A stretch of 64,000 nucleotides of DNA from Schmidtea polychroa. Its lineage: Eukaryota. Position numbers and translations under genes: made by a program. The stretch covers positions 18,478,001-18,542,000 of the forward strand of contig CM097885.1 of the NCBI GenBank assembly GCA_044892525.1. The letters run 5' to 3'. Below are positions 34,990-47,456 of this stretch, one piece after another; within the stretch, counting starts at the first letter, position 1; each line of letters begins with the position of its first letter. The notes under the pieces were generated by a model that did no database searches, was not told where the DNA came from, and saw only the letters and a program-made list of their open reading frames with translations.

Positions 34990-36340
34990 TTATTACGTAA
35001 TATAAATATAATATTATTAATTATAAATAAATAATCTAAATGTAAATTTATTTTCTAGGAAATTATCAAATTATAAAATGTATTTTATTTAAATATCATG
35101 GTGGCCATTTCCATTAAATGCGAGATCTAAATTTCTCCTCAAGTTTCGAAAAGAGTTACCGAGTGACATATTCTCGTTATTATTCATTAAATCAATAACT
35201 TATTCTTTGTTTTGTCGAATGTCATGGTACCTATTATCAAGAGCCGAAAATATCTCCTTTATTGTATTCAATTGGGGCGTGTATGGTGGTAAATAATCAT
35301 GTAGTACTGAATTGTTTCTAAGCCAATTAACAACTCCACATGATTTGTTTAACTGCACATTGCCCATTATAACAGTTTTGTTTCCAGAAAAAAATATTCA
35401 AATTTAAACATTCCTGTATAAACTCAATAAATGAATCAGATTCAAAATCTTAAAATGAAGTATTTTCTCATTTGATGCTACCGCCAATAGACTTATATTC
35501 CTTCCTCTGTTTGCTGGAATAATGGCACACACAGGTTGGTTTTTCGAGAATAACCATAATACTTAGAGGCAACCAGTTTCATCTAGATAATTAGAAATTA
35601 TTAACGTTAAAATTTCGATATTTAAGGGCAAAATGTTTTCTCTTTGAAATAATTTCTAGATATTATACCTTTTCAATGACAATCTTTTCAATCTTTTCCT
35701 TGTCAAATCCAACTGTTTTGCATAATTACTAACAGATACCTAACAAATTGATGTGTTTTCTTTTCTTAATGCTTCGACAATCCCATTTTGAATATACCGT
35801 ATTAGCCCGAATATAACCCGACCCCGAATTTAGAAAAAAATACTCATAAAAAAATTAAAATTAAGGGAAATTCAATCAGATAAGCGTTTGGTTAGGTAAT
35901 TAAAAGTAATACATAGGTTATATTCATGACAATAAATTTAATTAATTTAAACCAAAATTTAATAAAAATAAAATGTTAAAAATTGTCGCGTTATATTCGG
36001 GCTAATACGGTAAGTTGTATCATTCTGAAAACATTCTCCTACTTTCAAAACCTTTTCAGTTATACCTTTGAGTTTGGGTCTGGACTTTTTAAAAATGATC
36101 CAAATTAATTGCTCCATTTTCAGAATCTTCAAGTATTCTCGGGATTTGATAAGTTTAAATTTTTAGCGATTTTCATTGGAGGATATTCTTGTGCATATTC
36201 TTGATGAAACCCAGGATTTCTTTAGCTATTGGTTTTCTGGTTTTTCTTTTTTATCTTCTTCTATATTCGAATCCATAATTTATGGATTTAAATTATTTAT
36301 TTATTTATAATTAATAATATTTTATTTATAATACGTAATA
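34990..36340 (-). mobile_element. Decayed IS630/Tc1-like transposon
   Basis: Minus-strand fragments LIYLDETG, PANRGRNISLL, VIMGNV, YLPPYTPQLNTIKEIFS; AT-rich imperfect inverted repeats at ~34990-35040 and ~36287-36340. Confidence 0.7.
35797..36010. mobile_element. Tc1/mariner-pogo-type MITE nested in the transposase remnant
   Basis: 21-bp perfect TIR CCGTATTAGCCCGAATATAAC, TA on both sides. Confidence 0.9.
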
Positions 36341-37089
36341 TTTTATTTATAATACGTAATAATAAATTTTTTTATTACTTGGATAAACCTGTGAAAATGT
36401 GCTACCAGCACAAATCATATAAACTATTAATAAATTTATGTTCATTTTGCGCCGAGGTTGCTCTGATTGTTAGCAAGGTTTTTAACAAATATTCTATGAA
36501 GCCATGATGTATTATATACATTGTATACATATAATATACATTATATACATTGTATACATATTATATACATATACAATCCACAGTTATATTTTTATTAAGT
36601 CGTTTTTTCGTTTCATTCCATATTTTTATAATTTAGTAGCGTTCAATGCATCAGTCAAGTCATGGGTAGCGAAGTGCCACCAATCGGAAAACAATTTTTT
36701 TTGTTAACTTTATAAGTTTCGTATTCTTACAAAATGATTTGCGACAATAACAAAATTTACTGTTTGCATTGTACAAGTATAGCAATCTTTTTCTTTCATC
36801 TTTTTCATCATTTGGCAACTCTTTGAAATATTGAGAAACTGAGAACGATCTTCCATCGTTGTCTGTACAAAAACTGATGTTATTTTAAGTCCTTTTTCTA
36901 CAAGGATTTCTAATAAACAATGGTTAATTTTTTCTAGCCATGTAAAAAGGTCGTCTGGGTCAACTCTAGTCGATAAGATCGAAGATATGTCTCCTAATTG
37001 TATTTCCATGGTTTCTTCAGATTCAGAAGTCTGTCCTTACTTCGAATGTGTCCTTACTTTGTCCGTACTGAACACAATACTAACATTTT

Positions 37090-37307
37090 CAATGGAAAAG
37101 TTTTCAGTTTTGTCTGCCACTCAGACATGGGCTACTTTAATGCAAAATTATTCGCTTTATAATATTCATCATCTGGTTTTTTCTCTCATGACAATACCAA
37201 TTTCTAATACTACTGCTGAAAAGATATTCTCTCTTATGAAAATAACGTGGACTGATGATAAATTGCTTAAGTCCATAATTTCCCGAGAGAAATATTTAGT
37301 AAAATAA
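37090..37307 (+). pseudogene. hAT transposase dimerization-domain remnant
   Basis: LMTIPISNTTAEKIFSLMKITWTDDK. Confidence 0.6.
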
Positions 37308-37820
37308 ATAAATATTTAACACTGGAGTCCTATATTTTCTGTGGGTATGTTGTCTTGTAGACCAAATCAATTAAGAATTACAGCTTTTATTAAATTTATC
37401 ACAATTCCCATTTGCAAATAAATAGCGACTGTGTACTGAACCCCTCTAAAAGCCAGGGGCCAGGTTTCAGGGGTGCCAATATTATAAGATAACGCCAATC
37501 AAACATTCTTTTCACGATTAATTTCGACAGTGGGATATAATAACTCATTAAATTAAGGATTTTAAACAAATTTATTAATTATATATAAAAAATTTTTTAT
37601 TTTATAAAAAAAATATATTATTTTTTTTTAAATTTTAACATTTAAAATTTAGTTTAATAATTTAAAAAAATTTTATTAATTATTTAATTTAATACAACAA
37701 TCAATACATACAATATAAAAAACCTATTTAAAAACTTATTTAAACACACTCAAAACACAAGTATTTACTGCATTCTGCACATTAATTTTCGGATTCAATG
37801 ATTTTATCAACAACGCCTCA

Positions 37821-38415
37821 CAAAGTGAAAGAGACTGTTGACAAATTTATTAAAAATCCTAAGGATCCATGTTTGAGAAAATCTGGGTGTGATCTTGTTG
37901 AGATATGTGAGTCTGATGAGTTAAATAAATTAAATAGTGTGAGCAAGGATGATGAGCCTAAATTTGTGTTAGTATTGCCGTACTCAGAAGGTTTTAGGGA
38001 TTATAAAGTGAAGATAAGAAAGCAGTTAGGGAATTTAAACTATAGGATAGTGTCAACTTCATGGAAAGTACGCAATATGTTTATTAATATGTCAAAAACT
38101 CCGGTTGAATTGTGTTCCGATCTCGTTTATCAGTTTACATGTAATGGGTGTAATGCCACATACATTGGAGAGACTTCCCGTCATCTCTGTATTCGAGCTC
38201 GAGAACATTGTAGACCGAAGGCTTTGACCCATATTGGTGAGCACAATAAGGGCTGTAAGATTAAAATAGGTATGTCAGATTTTAAAATTTTATGAAAAAA
38301 TTTAGATCATTATTGGGAACGTGTGATTTGTGAGGCGTTGTTGATAAAATCATTGAATCCGAAAATTAATGTGCAGAATGCAGTAAATACTTGTGTGTTG
38401 AGTGTTTTTAAATAA
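37821..38415 (+). pseudogene. Penelope GIY-YIG endonuclease fragment, in-frame TGA at 38293-38295
   Basis: LVYQFTCNGCNATYIGETSRHLCIRAREH...HIGEH...EALLIKSLNPKINVQ. Confidence 0.85.
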
Positions 38416-38629
38416 GTTTTTAAATAGGTTTTTAAATAGGTTTTTTATATTGTACGTATTGATTGTTGTATTAAATTGAATAATTAATAAAAATTTTTTT
38501 AAATTATTAAATTAAATTTTAAATGTTAAAATTTAAAAAAAAATAATATATTTTTTTATAAAATAAAAAAAAATTTTATATATAATTAATAAATTTGTTT
38601 AAAATCCTTAATTTAATGAGTTATTATAT

Positions 38630-38673
38630 CCCACCTGATGATGACAGGAAAACTGTCGAAATTAATCGCGAAA
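38630..38673 (+). ncRNA. Minimal type I hammerhead ribozyme in the Penelope pLTR
   Basis: CAC-CTGATGA-T-GACAG-GAAAA-CTGTC-GAAA-TTAA-TC-GCG: both core boxes, stem II and palindromic stem III. Confidence 0.75.
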
Positions 38674-38825
38674 AGAATGTTTGATTGGCGTTATCTTATA
38701 ATTAAATCATTGCCATGTATGTTTAACTATTTATATTAATACTAATATATTAATATTAACTTGAAATCATTATGTAACTCCAAAAATATATTCCAAATAA
38801 AATACAATTTATTTTCCTATCGACT

Positions 38826-38863
38826 TATTATTATTATTATTTATTATTTATTATTATTATTTA

Positions 38864-38937
<74 letters not shown>

Positions 38938-38950
38938 TACTATTGTTATT
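38826..38950 (+). repeat. (ATT)n microsatellite
   Basis: Direct inspection. Confidence 0.95.
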
Positions 38951-39102
38951 AATATTTTTGTATTTATGTCCTCCAGAGATCCTTACAATTTATTATGATT
39001 CTTGCACTATTTCATAATTCTACAAATTCAATTTATATTAGCTTTAAATAATTATATAACTCCAAAAAAATATTCCAAATAAAATACAATTTATTTTCCT
39101 AC

Positions 39103-39585
39103 CGACTTTACAGAATGAATTTCATTAAGTGATTGAAGGACAAGCCGAACGACCAAACTAAATTTTTTTGCAATACTCGAATCGGTAAAGTTGAATCCAT
39201 AAACTGAAAAAGAGTTGTCAATCCATTGATGGAATGTTGGCGATGTTTCGTTGTAATGCATCCTTGGAAATAGGAATGTATTGAGAATAATCTAAACTAA
39301 TTATAATAACAATTCATTTGTTAGTTTATTTGGAATACTTCTTTATTTAAGATTTTATAAGCAACGAACCGATATACATTAATATTTGAACTGTATAAAG
39401 TTAATGAACACTGTCCATTCACCGATCCTAATTCTTTCCATTGGAAATTGTATTTGCAATATTCCAATATTGTTACATTTGTATTAATAATTGGCTGTCT
39501 TTAAATCAAAAATAAATAATAAGCTCTCATATTGCGATAGAGATAAATGTGCATTTTATATAAATATTTCAAAATCTTACTCCAT
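39103..39585 (-). CDS. Host gene, EVH1 (WH1) domain, Ena/VASP-like; exons 39585-39581, 39498-39339, 39291-39103; downstream exons not located
   Basis: GT-AG splicing gives MEQPIINTNVTILEYCKYNFQWKELG...YRFVAYKILNKE|IILNTFLFPRMHYNETSPTFHQWIDNSFSVYGFNF; the 5-nt first coding exon resembles Ena/VASP genes. Confidence 0.75.
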
Positions 39586-39950
39586 TGCATGAAATCTAAA
39601 CAAAGAAATGTTTTTGAACTTTTCAAAATTTCAATATTAATATTTGATAATTTGCTATTAAAATTTAGAGATTTATTATTTATTTAAAATAAATTATTTT
39701 CAAAAGTTATTTAATTGATATAATAAAACAATGTTAATTTTGTAAAATATACTTAAGAGCAAAAGTATAAAAAAAATTATTATTATGTATGTTTTAGAAC
39801 GTTTTTTTGTGATGAATTCGATTTGTAATTAATTTTTATTTCTTTCAACTAATTTATTTCTGTTAAATGATTTAATGTAATACAAATTGCAAGTGAATAT
39901 TTGTCAATTATATAATAAGTGTAGCCAAGAAATAAATTATACAAGTTTAA

Positions 39951-40478
39951 CCACTTGCCGGCGATTTTTTTTAAAATCATTAATTAATAGTATATAATCA
40001 AAATATAACGTAAATATATTTTTTTTAATTTTCCGAGTTTGTATTCACTAATTATTAATTATTGTTATTATATAAAAAACACACACACATACACAAACAA
40101 AAAAACAGTTTGAAAAACACGAAATGTCCGAAGAACGAAGTGAAACAATTCAAAAACGATGCAGTCGCGCGTGTGGTTATTGGACAACTGATATTTTAGA
40201 AAATATGAAAAAAATACGAACCTGGAATTCATGTGTGTATAGCCGAAAATTCACATGTGTTTATAAAAAAAAATACCTAAGAAATGGCAGTTTAGAACAT
40301 AAATATTGCAAAATAATGTTGTTCGAAATATCGCTCATATGTTAGTCCACGCCCGGGATCAGATTTCTTATTCAAAGGACAATATTTTTTCTATATGAGT
40401 TTGCGCTCCAATGTGAGCGCTCGTCCGAAATGGTACACATTTTTTGCACTCATATTTGAGCGCGCGCCCGGCAAGTGG
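39951..40478. mobile_element. Non-autonomous piggyBac-type element
   Basis: TTAA on both sides, TIR CCACTTGCCGG. Confidence 0.85.
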
Positions 40479-40703
40479 TTAATCAGTAAGTGAACAATTT
40501 GAAAGTATTAGCATAATATATTTATGAGATTTCAATAAATATCATGAATTTCAGTCTAATGTATGGAACTGTGTACATGATTTTTTAACATTGCCAAACC
40601 TCGAATGTGAAAAGAAGTGATCTATTTTATAAATAATTTACAAGAGACACCATCACAGATAACGCGGTCGTAATGTACAATTTTACCAAACTATATGACC
40701 ATC

Positions 40704-40939
40704 CAGTGGCGGAACTTCAAAATTTGGGCCCCCGCGCAATGTAAAATATTTCCACTTAAATTTTTCGATTAAAGTTTTATACATAGTTATTCACAGCAGC
40801 CGCTATTCAATGATAGTTTTATGTTTGTAGGCAAATATAACTGCTGGAAAAAGTTTCAGAAAATGATTGTAAATATTTTTTTAGTAATAATTTTGGGCCC
40901 CCGCAACGCAGGGTCCTGTGTCCACTAGTTACGCCACTG
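40704..40939. mobile_element. hAT-type MITE
   Basis: TIR CAGTGGCG, 8-bp TSD TGACCATC. Confidence 0.9.
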
Positions 40940-41519
40940 TGACCATCTGATATTACGCATCTTGAAATATAAATGAATTAATTTTGTTGTTAAGTCGTAA
41001 TCCAGTTGAACACCATTAGGACAGTCAAATCGAGGGAGTTCATTTTCAAAAGGAAGTAATTAGTGATTATTAAAATTATTAATTAATTAATTATTCAGTT
41101 TCGATTTTTGCTATTACATTATTTAGGAATTTCCTGTCGATATAAAATTACTATATTCGTCTTTATTTTTATTTTGGACCTCACTCATCTTATTACCAAA
41201 GAAATATTGATTTTTCAAATGTCCGCATTGAAATTTTTGAGTTTTGATTGATTTGCACTACAATTTTACATATTTTAATTTTTATTTGCACTCCATTACA
41301 TAACTACAATAAATTATTTGGGTTGAGAAAAACTGATTAAAAATTTAGAAATTCCATTTTAAAGCGTCATAAAACTATTAAAGTTCTAAATAAGTAATAA
41401 TATATTTCTATTTATTATTTATTTATATTCTAATATTAGTTTTACGATATATTTATACAGTTTTTCTTTTATCGTCAACTAGAATATAAAAAAAACTGTA
41501 GATATTATATTATGTAGAT

Positions 41520-43501
41520 CAGGGGTGTCTAACCTTTTAGCGTCGGAGGCCATATTTTAAACATTTAAAAGGTTCAGGGCACAAATGTAAATTGGCTTAG
41601 TTGACTGCATCAGAAAATAAGATCATAATTTAGTATGACCATAAATAAACCGCAATACAATAGTATTTTTTAGCATAATTATAATTAAAAATAATAAATA
41701 ATAAAAATTTAATCATGTGTCCTGGAAAATAATTCGATAGATATTATGGCCAATCTTTTACTTTTGGATTTTTTTTCAATAACATGAAGACAGAAACTTA
41801 TAACACTTACAAAATTAAATGACAAGGACTCACATAATATTGTTGAGGTCTCAATAATATTTATTGAAACCCAACGTGCACTGGTTATAACTATATAAAT
41901 ATATAAATATGAAAACACAAAGGCCAAATTTGTAACTAAAATTTATTAATATAAAATTTTTTACCAATTCAAATTATCGGCTTGAATAACTTCAAAATCA
42001 ATCTCTCGTTTCCAAACTCTTTTACAATCAATTATTCACTTCAAACTCTTTTTGATTTACTTTCACGATGCGTGTTGTGTTTTGTGTGTGCGTGTCATAT
42101 GTGCGTGTTGTGTTGCTTGTGATAACCTTTAGACGTTTTTGTAGTGTCTGTCTGATTTTTATGCTTTGTAAGGATTTACCTTCTAAAGCAGTACTAATCG
42201 CTTATTATTTTGGGCGAATTTTGTGATTTTTGGTTCAGTATATATACTGAATTTTTGTTTACTCAATCCACAGAAGAAAACCCCATTTATTTGTTCTTAC
42301 ACAATACCCACAATCAAACGGACTCAAAACTACTTCTCTTGTTTATTTACCAAATTTTCCTCTCTTCTTTTTATTTATTCAGAACTCACACGTGGGTTAT
42401 TTCCCAACTGCGACCTTCCTTATTTACTTAATAAATTGTTTCTTTATTTACCCAGATTTTATATTTCCCTTTTTTGTGGATTATTTAAATGTAATTAAAA
42501 TATAAATTATTATAATATATTGTACAAAAGGATATAAGAGTATAAATTACTACGTTGTAAAAAAATAAAATATGAATTACTACAATATAAAAAAAATAAA
42601 ATGTGAATCTATACAGCATATAAAAATGAAAGATACAATCTAAAATAAAATATGCAGCTTATACCATATACAATAAAATAAAGATGAGGATATAAATTGT
42701 TATAAAATATACAATCCCAAAGATTCATTATTGTTAGAAAGATTAAATCACATTTGTCTCTTAATATAGTAATTGTTAAATCACGCTTGATTGTTTGGGA
42801 ACATTCTTCTTTCTGCGAATATATTCACCCGGTATCGATTCGGGCCTGTTTGATAATACTTTGTTAACTTGAATTTTTCAATTCTTCGACCCCTGTCATC
42901 CAACAATATTAATGTATTCGGATTAATTAAATTCCACATGTATTCAATGTCTTCTGCACTGCAAGCATTAATGAGATATTTGGCATTGTTTCTGTTTGCA
43001 TAAAAAGTCGACATCTACTGCAACAGTGGGTGTGGCAATTCTAAGGATTCCTTATAAATGTTCATCTGTGAGAACGGATCGAGTCTGTGTTTTCACATTT
43101 TTAAGTCTGGAAAAAGCTGTTCACACCAATATGTGCTGCCAAAAAGTGCAATATACCTGCGACCATGTTTGGCTAGGTTACGAAAAGACTGATGAAACAT
43201 ACTGCTTGTAAAGGGTAACAAGGTCTTGCTGATCATAAGCAGTTTTTAAATTTCTGTCATTGTGAATGTCAATTAGTTCGAGTTGAAATTCATCAGGTGT
43301 ATCAGAGGTGCAATCCTGAAACATCTCTTCGAATTCATCAACTAGTTTTTCAGCGTTTCAGACGATCTTGTTGCTAGTGTTATGAAATGTCGCCTCATAT
43401 CGCCGTTTGTAATGATTAAAAATTAACGAAACGTTGTGAGCCGCATAGAAGACCTCGGCCGGCCGGGTTGTGGCCAGTGGGCCACGTGTTGAACACACCT
43501 G
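41520..43501 (-). mobile_element. Internally deleted hAT (Charlie/SPIN-like) element
   Basis: Ends CAGGGGTGTCTAAC / GTTGAACACACCTG, TSD ATGTAGAT; minus-strand ~42968-43320 gives FQLELID..LFGSTYWCEQLFSRLK..RSVLTDEHL..KQCQISH*. Confidence 0.85.
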
Positions 43502-43967
43502 ATGTAGATAAATATTATTTTAATAAACTATTTAATAAACTTATTTAAATAATCAATTTTATTTTCATTTATACTAAATATATTTAAGAATTTCAATATA
43601 ATTGTTAATTTCAACAACATTTAAAATTTCTACAGGGTTAAAAAAGTAGTTTGTATTTGGACTGCTTTTGTGGTTGTTTTGTTTGTATAAAAAGAATTGA
43701 GTTTATTTGAATGATATGGCTTATTGTATTTGACCCAAAGTATCAGTAACCTTTATACTTTTATAATAAGTATTCTAAAAAGCTTTGTGATAGAAAAAAA
43801 TTCAAATTTTTGTCCAATAGGTGTTTTGCTTTAACATCTGAAACCAGTTCTTATAGGTATTGGTCAAGTTATAATATATTAATTGTTGTAGCAACTTGTT
43901 TATGTGTTATAGAAAATATTTAGGGCCAGCAGTCTCCTTTAAAAGCTGCATCGGGAATATGGGGTGA

Positions 43968-43968
<1 letters not shown>

Positions 43969-44051
<83 letters not shown>
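43969..44051. repeat. (TA)n microsatellite
   Basis: Direct inspection. Confidence 0.95.
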
Positions 44052-44054
<3 letters not shown>

Positions 44055-45991
44055 AAAGATATTACAATTATAAATTACAAAAATCAGCAAAAATTTCAAC
44101 ACCTTTTATTAAAAAAAGAAAAGGCTCTTTATTGATAAGGCAACAGCTATTCACTGTGTATCTTGAAGGATCATTTGAAATTTTCGGGAACATTTGAATT
44201 ACATTTAGAACAAAGTGGTGGGTTACAGGTAGGCATACATTTTACCTTTTCGTGCTGTTTCCAGCGTGACCCAGAATACAAACAACATTTTCTCCACTTG
44301 ATGCCCGTTGAGCAATCAATGTTAGTACTGTATCAAGAGGGTGAGTGTTCGCAAGAAGTGATCGCACTATTTGCACTATAATTGTCGGGCACTCCTTGGG
44401 TTCACGGACTGCCGATAGAAGGCTGTGTCCGATTTTGCCTGGGCCCTAATTAGAAACATATTTATCACCAAACTAAGTTGGTCATCACGAAGTATCTTTA
44501 AGCAGATACACTACACCGTATACACAGTGCAGTCAACCGCCACTCCGGGTTGGTAATCATTTTAATTATTGTATTTGCAGGTCGTGGAACTCATATCATA
44601 TTAAAGATGCCGGATTCGTTGGAATCTCGCGTTGAAATTGTCAACGACGGGGATCTCAGTCAATCCCTCTAAATCATTGGAGAAGGTCTGAAGACAAAAA
44701 AATCATCTGTAAACATGATAACTCATATATTAATGAAAAAATCTTACTTAGAATCTCAGAAAAATCAAAATCAAAATTTTGGCATAAGAGTAAGCACTGA
44801 AAAGTGACGAAATGTGTTAGTTTCTATACCCTATTTTTGATGTGCAAGTATGCATGCGTGCATTGAAGCAGTAAAACAAATTCGAATTATTTTAATTCTA
44901 GAACATTTGAGTTTTAATTTTTATCGATTTTGATGGCGAGTTTTCCGTAAGAATTTTTGTTTTTATTTTTGGAATTTTATTTTTGAATTATTTTTATTAA
45001 ATTTGCCTCCATGATGGATTTCAGCATTTCCAGAACATTCCATGTGTTGGTCGCTTAGGGGTGTGTCATTTTATTTTTTCAATGTGGTAGGGGTAATTAT
45101 AGATGTTAAATCGATTCCTTCCTAAACGCCCTCATGACTATTGTACTTTAGACCATCTGTGTACCCATGTTATGTATTTCCGATTTAATAAAAAATTCTC
45201 GGTTCCAGCCCAACACATGCTAAATTTAATTTATTTCTTAGTTTTAACTTGTTTTTTGTGAATTCTTTTCTAAAATTTTTATATTTTAAACTAAAACTTT
45301 TATTTTTTATAAATTTTATTGTGTCGTTTGGCGGCCATGATGAATTATGGATTGTTCTGGATTTTTATTCAAAATTTTGATATAATTTTCATTACGTAAG
45401 GTTTTATGGAGATTTTCTTTAATTTTCTTTTTAATTTTTACTAATCGCCTTTATTCGAATTTGTTTTTGTTGTTTTATGTCTTTCGGTTATATTTGAGTA
45501 AGTTTTCGTGTGATACCTCTTGCTCGTGTTTCATTTTACTTTTAATTTAGATGTTTTATTTTTGGGTAAATTATCTCTCTATTATCATTGTTTACTTGGT
45601 GTTTTTATATATTTATATTTAAGTAAACTTAATGCAGGGTATGCGTGTTGTGTACTGACACATTTCGTCCCCTTCCTAACTCTGGGTTTAGAAATCAGTT
45701 CTAGCCCAAAAGAATATTGATTTTTTGAATTCCCTATAATAAGATGGTATGGTACTTAGCGTGGAGAATTAAATATAAAAATAACAATAATAATAAAATT
45801 TGAAGGGGAAATTATTCATAACATTCATCAATGTTTTATAACTAGCCCTTTTATGCTTCTCCTCGATCACCTGTAAATTTGTTCGGTTATTTTCCTTGAA
45901 TCAGATTATCAATAATTTTTTTTATTTAATGATTTAAAGGTGATAGTTATTAGCTTTCTGTTCTATACTTATATATTTTTTTACTTTAATC

Positions 45992-46267
45992 CAGGGCTTC
46001 TTAAACTATGGGTCGTGACCCCGTTTGGGGTCGCCTAGCGAAATTTTTATATAAAATATCCAAATACATAAAATTGCATAATTGTCATATGTTTTCCTAC
46101 TCATTAGGCAAATGAAACGTCAATTTTGTCATATGTAATTATATTATTACTTAATTAATAAATCTTCACAAAAAATTTATATATCTTTATTTTAAATTAT
46201 AAGGGGTCGCAAAAAAGGTTTACAATCATTAATGGGGTCGCGAATGAAAAAAGTTTAAGAAGCACTG
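45992..46267. mobile_element. hAT (Charlie-like) MITE
   Basis: TIR CAG(G/T)GCTTCTTAAACT, TSD CTTTAATC, subterminal GGGGTCGC. Confidence 0.9.
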
Positions 46268-47456
46268 CTTTAATCGATATTATATAGTAATTCCTTGAAA
46301 CAAACAAAATTCCGTTAATAAACCAATCCATATTTATTATAACAATCACCAAATAATGGCATTGATTTATATATAACGAAAAGCACCAAACCAAAACTAC
46401 AGAATCGCTGTCATCGTCAGGTAGAATTGAAAATCAAACTAATTCAGTCTAAATTGCTCTTTTTTTTAAAAATTTTGCTTTTTCAATTCAAAATTTTAAA
46501 ATTCACAAAAGTTGAATATATTTCAATAACATTTCAATAAATTTTCCACAAAATTGTGTTTACTAATATTAATAAATTCCTTCAGTCAATAGTGATCAGG
46601 AACTTGAGAACGGAGATGACGGACAGTCATTCCAATGTATGTGGCATTGCATTCATGAAATAAATATTTATAACCAAGATCCGAACACCATCTAAGTAAG
46701 ATTTGAAATCCAATAATAAACACTTAGTTAAAAACATTCATTAATCGATTTCAAAATACAACATAAGTATAAATTTAAGCTGCCATATTTAATTAATTTA
46801 AAGAATAACATTATGAAATAACACAAATTAATAATTATAACTTTAGTGACCCATCGCCTCTCTTGATCATTGAAAAGGGCAGCCAGTGCTTCAGAAACGT
46901 TTTTAATATAAATACTGATGTTCCAGTTGCTTTAGAGAAAACAAACTACACAAAAGAAAAATTAATCTCACTTCTTGATATTTCATAAAATTTAATAAAT
47001 AAGTGCATATTTTAATTTCATTTTTGACATTGAATGAAACCGAGTTATGCTGCAGAAATTATAATATGACATATATCTAGCACAACTGAGAAGGATTAAA
47101 TAAGAAACATTAATTTAACAAAATTAGCTCAATATTTATAAAACATTTATAAAATATGCCTCAATTAGTTCGGAATTATTTTATCAAAGATTATCTCCTC
47201 AGAAATTACATTAAAATTGAATATTCCATTACGCATGACACGAATTTTCTATTACTTCGTCTGAATAGCTAACAATTCTTGAACTGCATTCATTTGTAAA
47301 TTGCGATATGAAAGATATAATTTGTCCAATGTACAATCTGCAAATTGATATGAAACTTTCTTTCAACTCGACATTAAAATAACAAAATTTATTTTCTTAT
47401 TAGTAAAAAAGATTATAAAATGATATTGTCATACTGTTTACAACAGGTTCCTGCAA

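Larger units (their letters stand above)
37481..38702 (+). mobile_element. 5'-truncated Penelope-like element with inverted pseudo-LTR
   Basis: 37481-37824 is the reverse complement of 38327-38702; GIY-YIG ORF between them. Confidence 0.85.

Noticed and set aside
36710..37070. 99-aa minus-strand ORF as an EVH1-gene exon or transposase start
   Set aside because: No identifiable motif or reliable splice/TIR support
26772..44102. Poly-Ile, poly-Tyr and IYIY ORFs (26772, 38761, 43920)
   Set aside because: Microsatellite translations
44190..44310. Cys-rich minus-strand peptide (KCCLYSG..CMPTCNPPLCSKC) like a piggyBac C-terminal domain
   Set aside because: Too short and degenerate; no TIR or TTAA boundaries found
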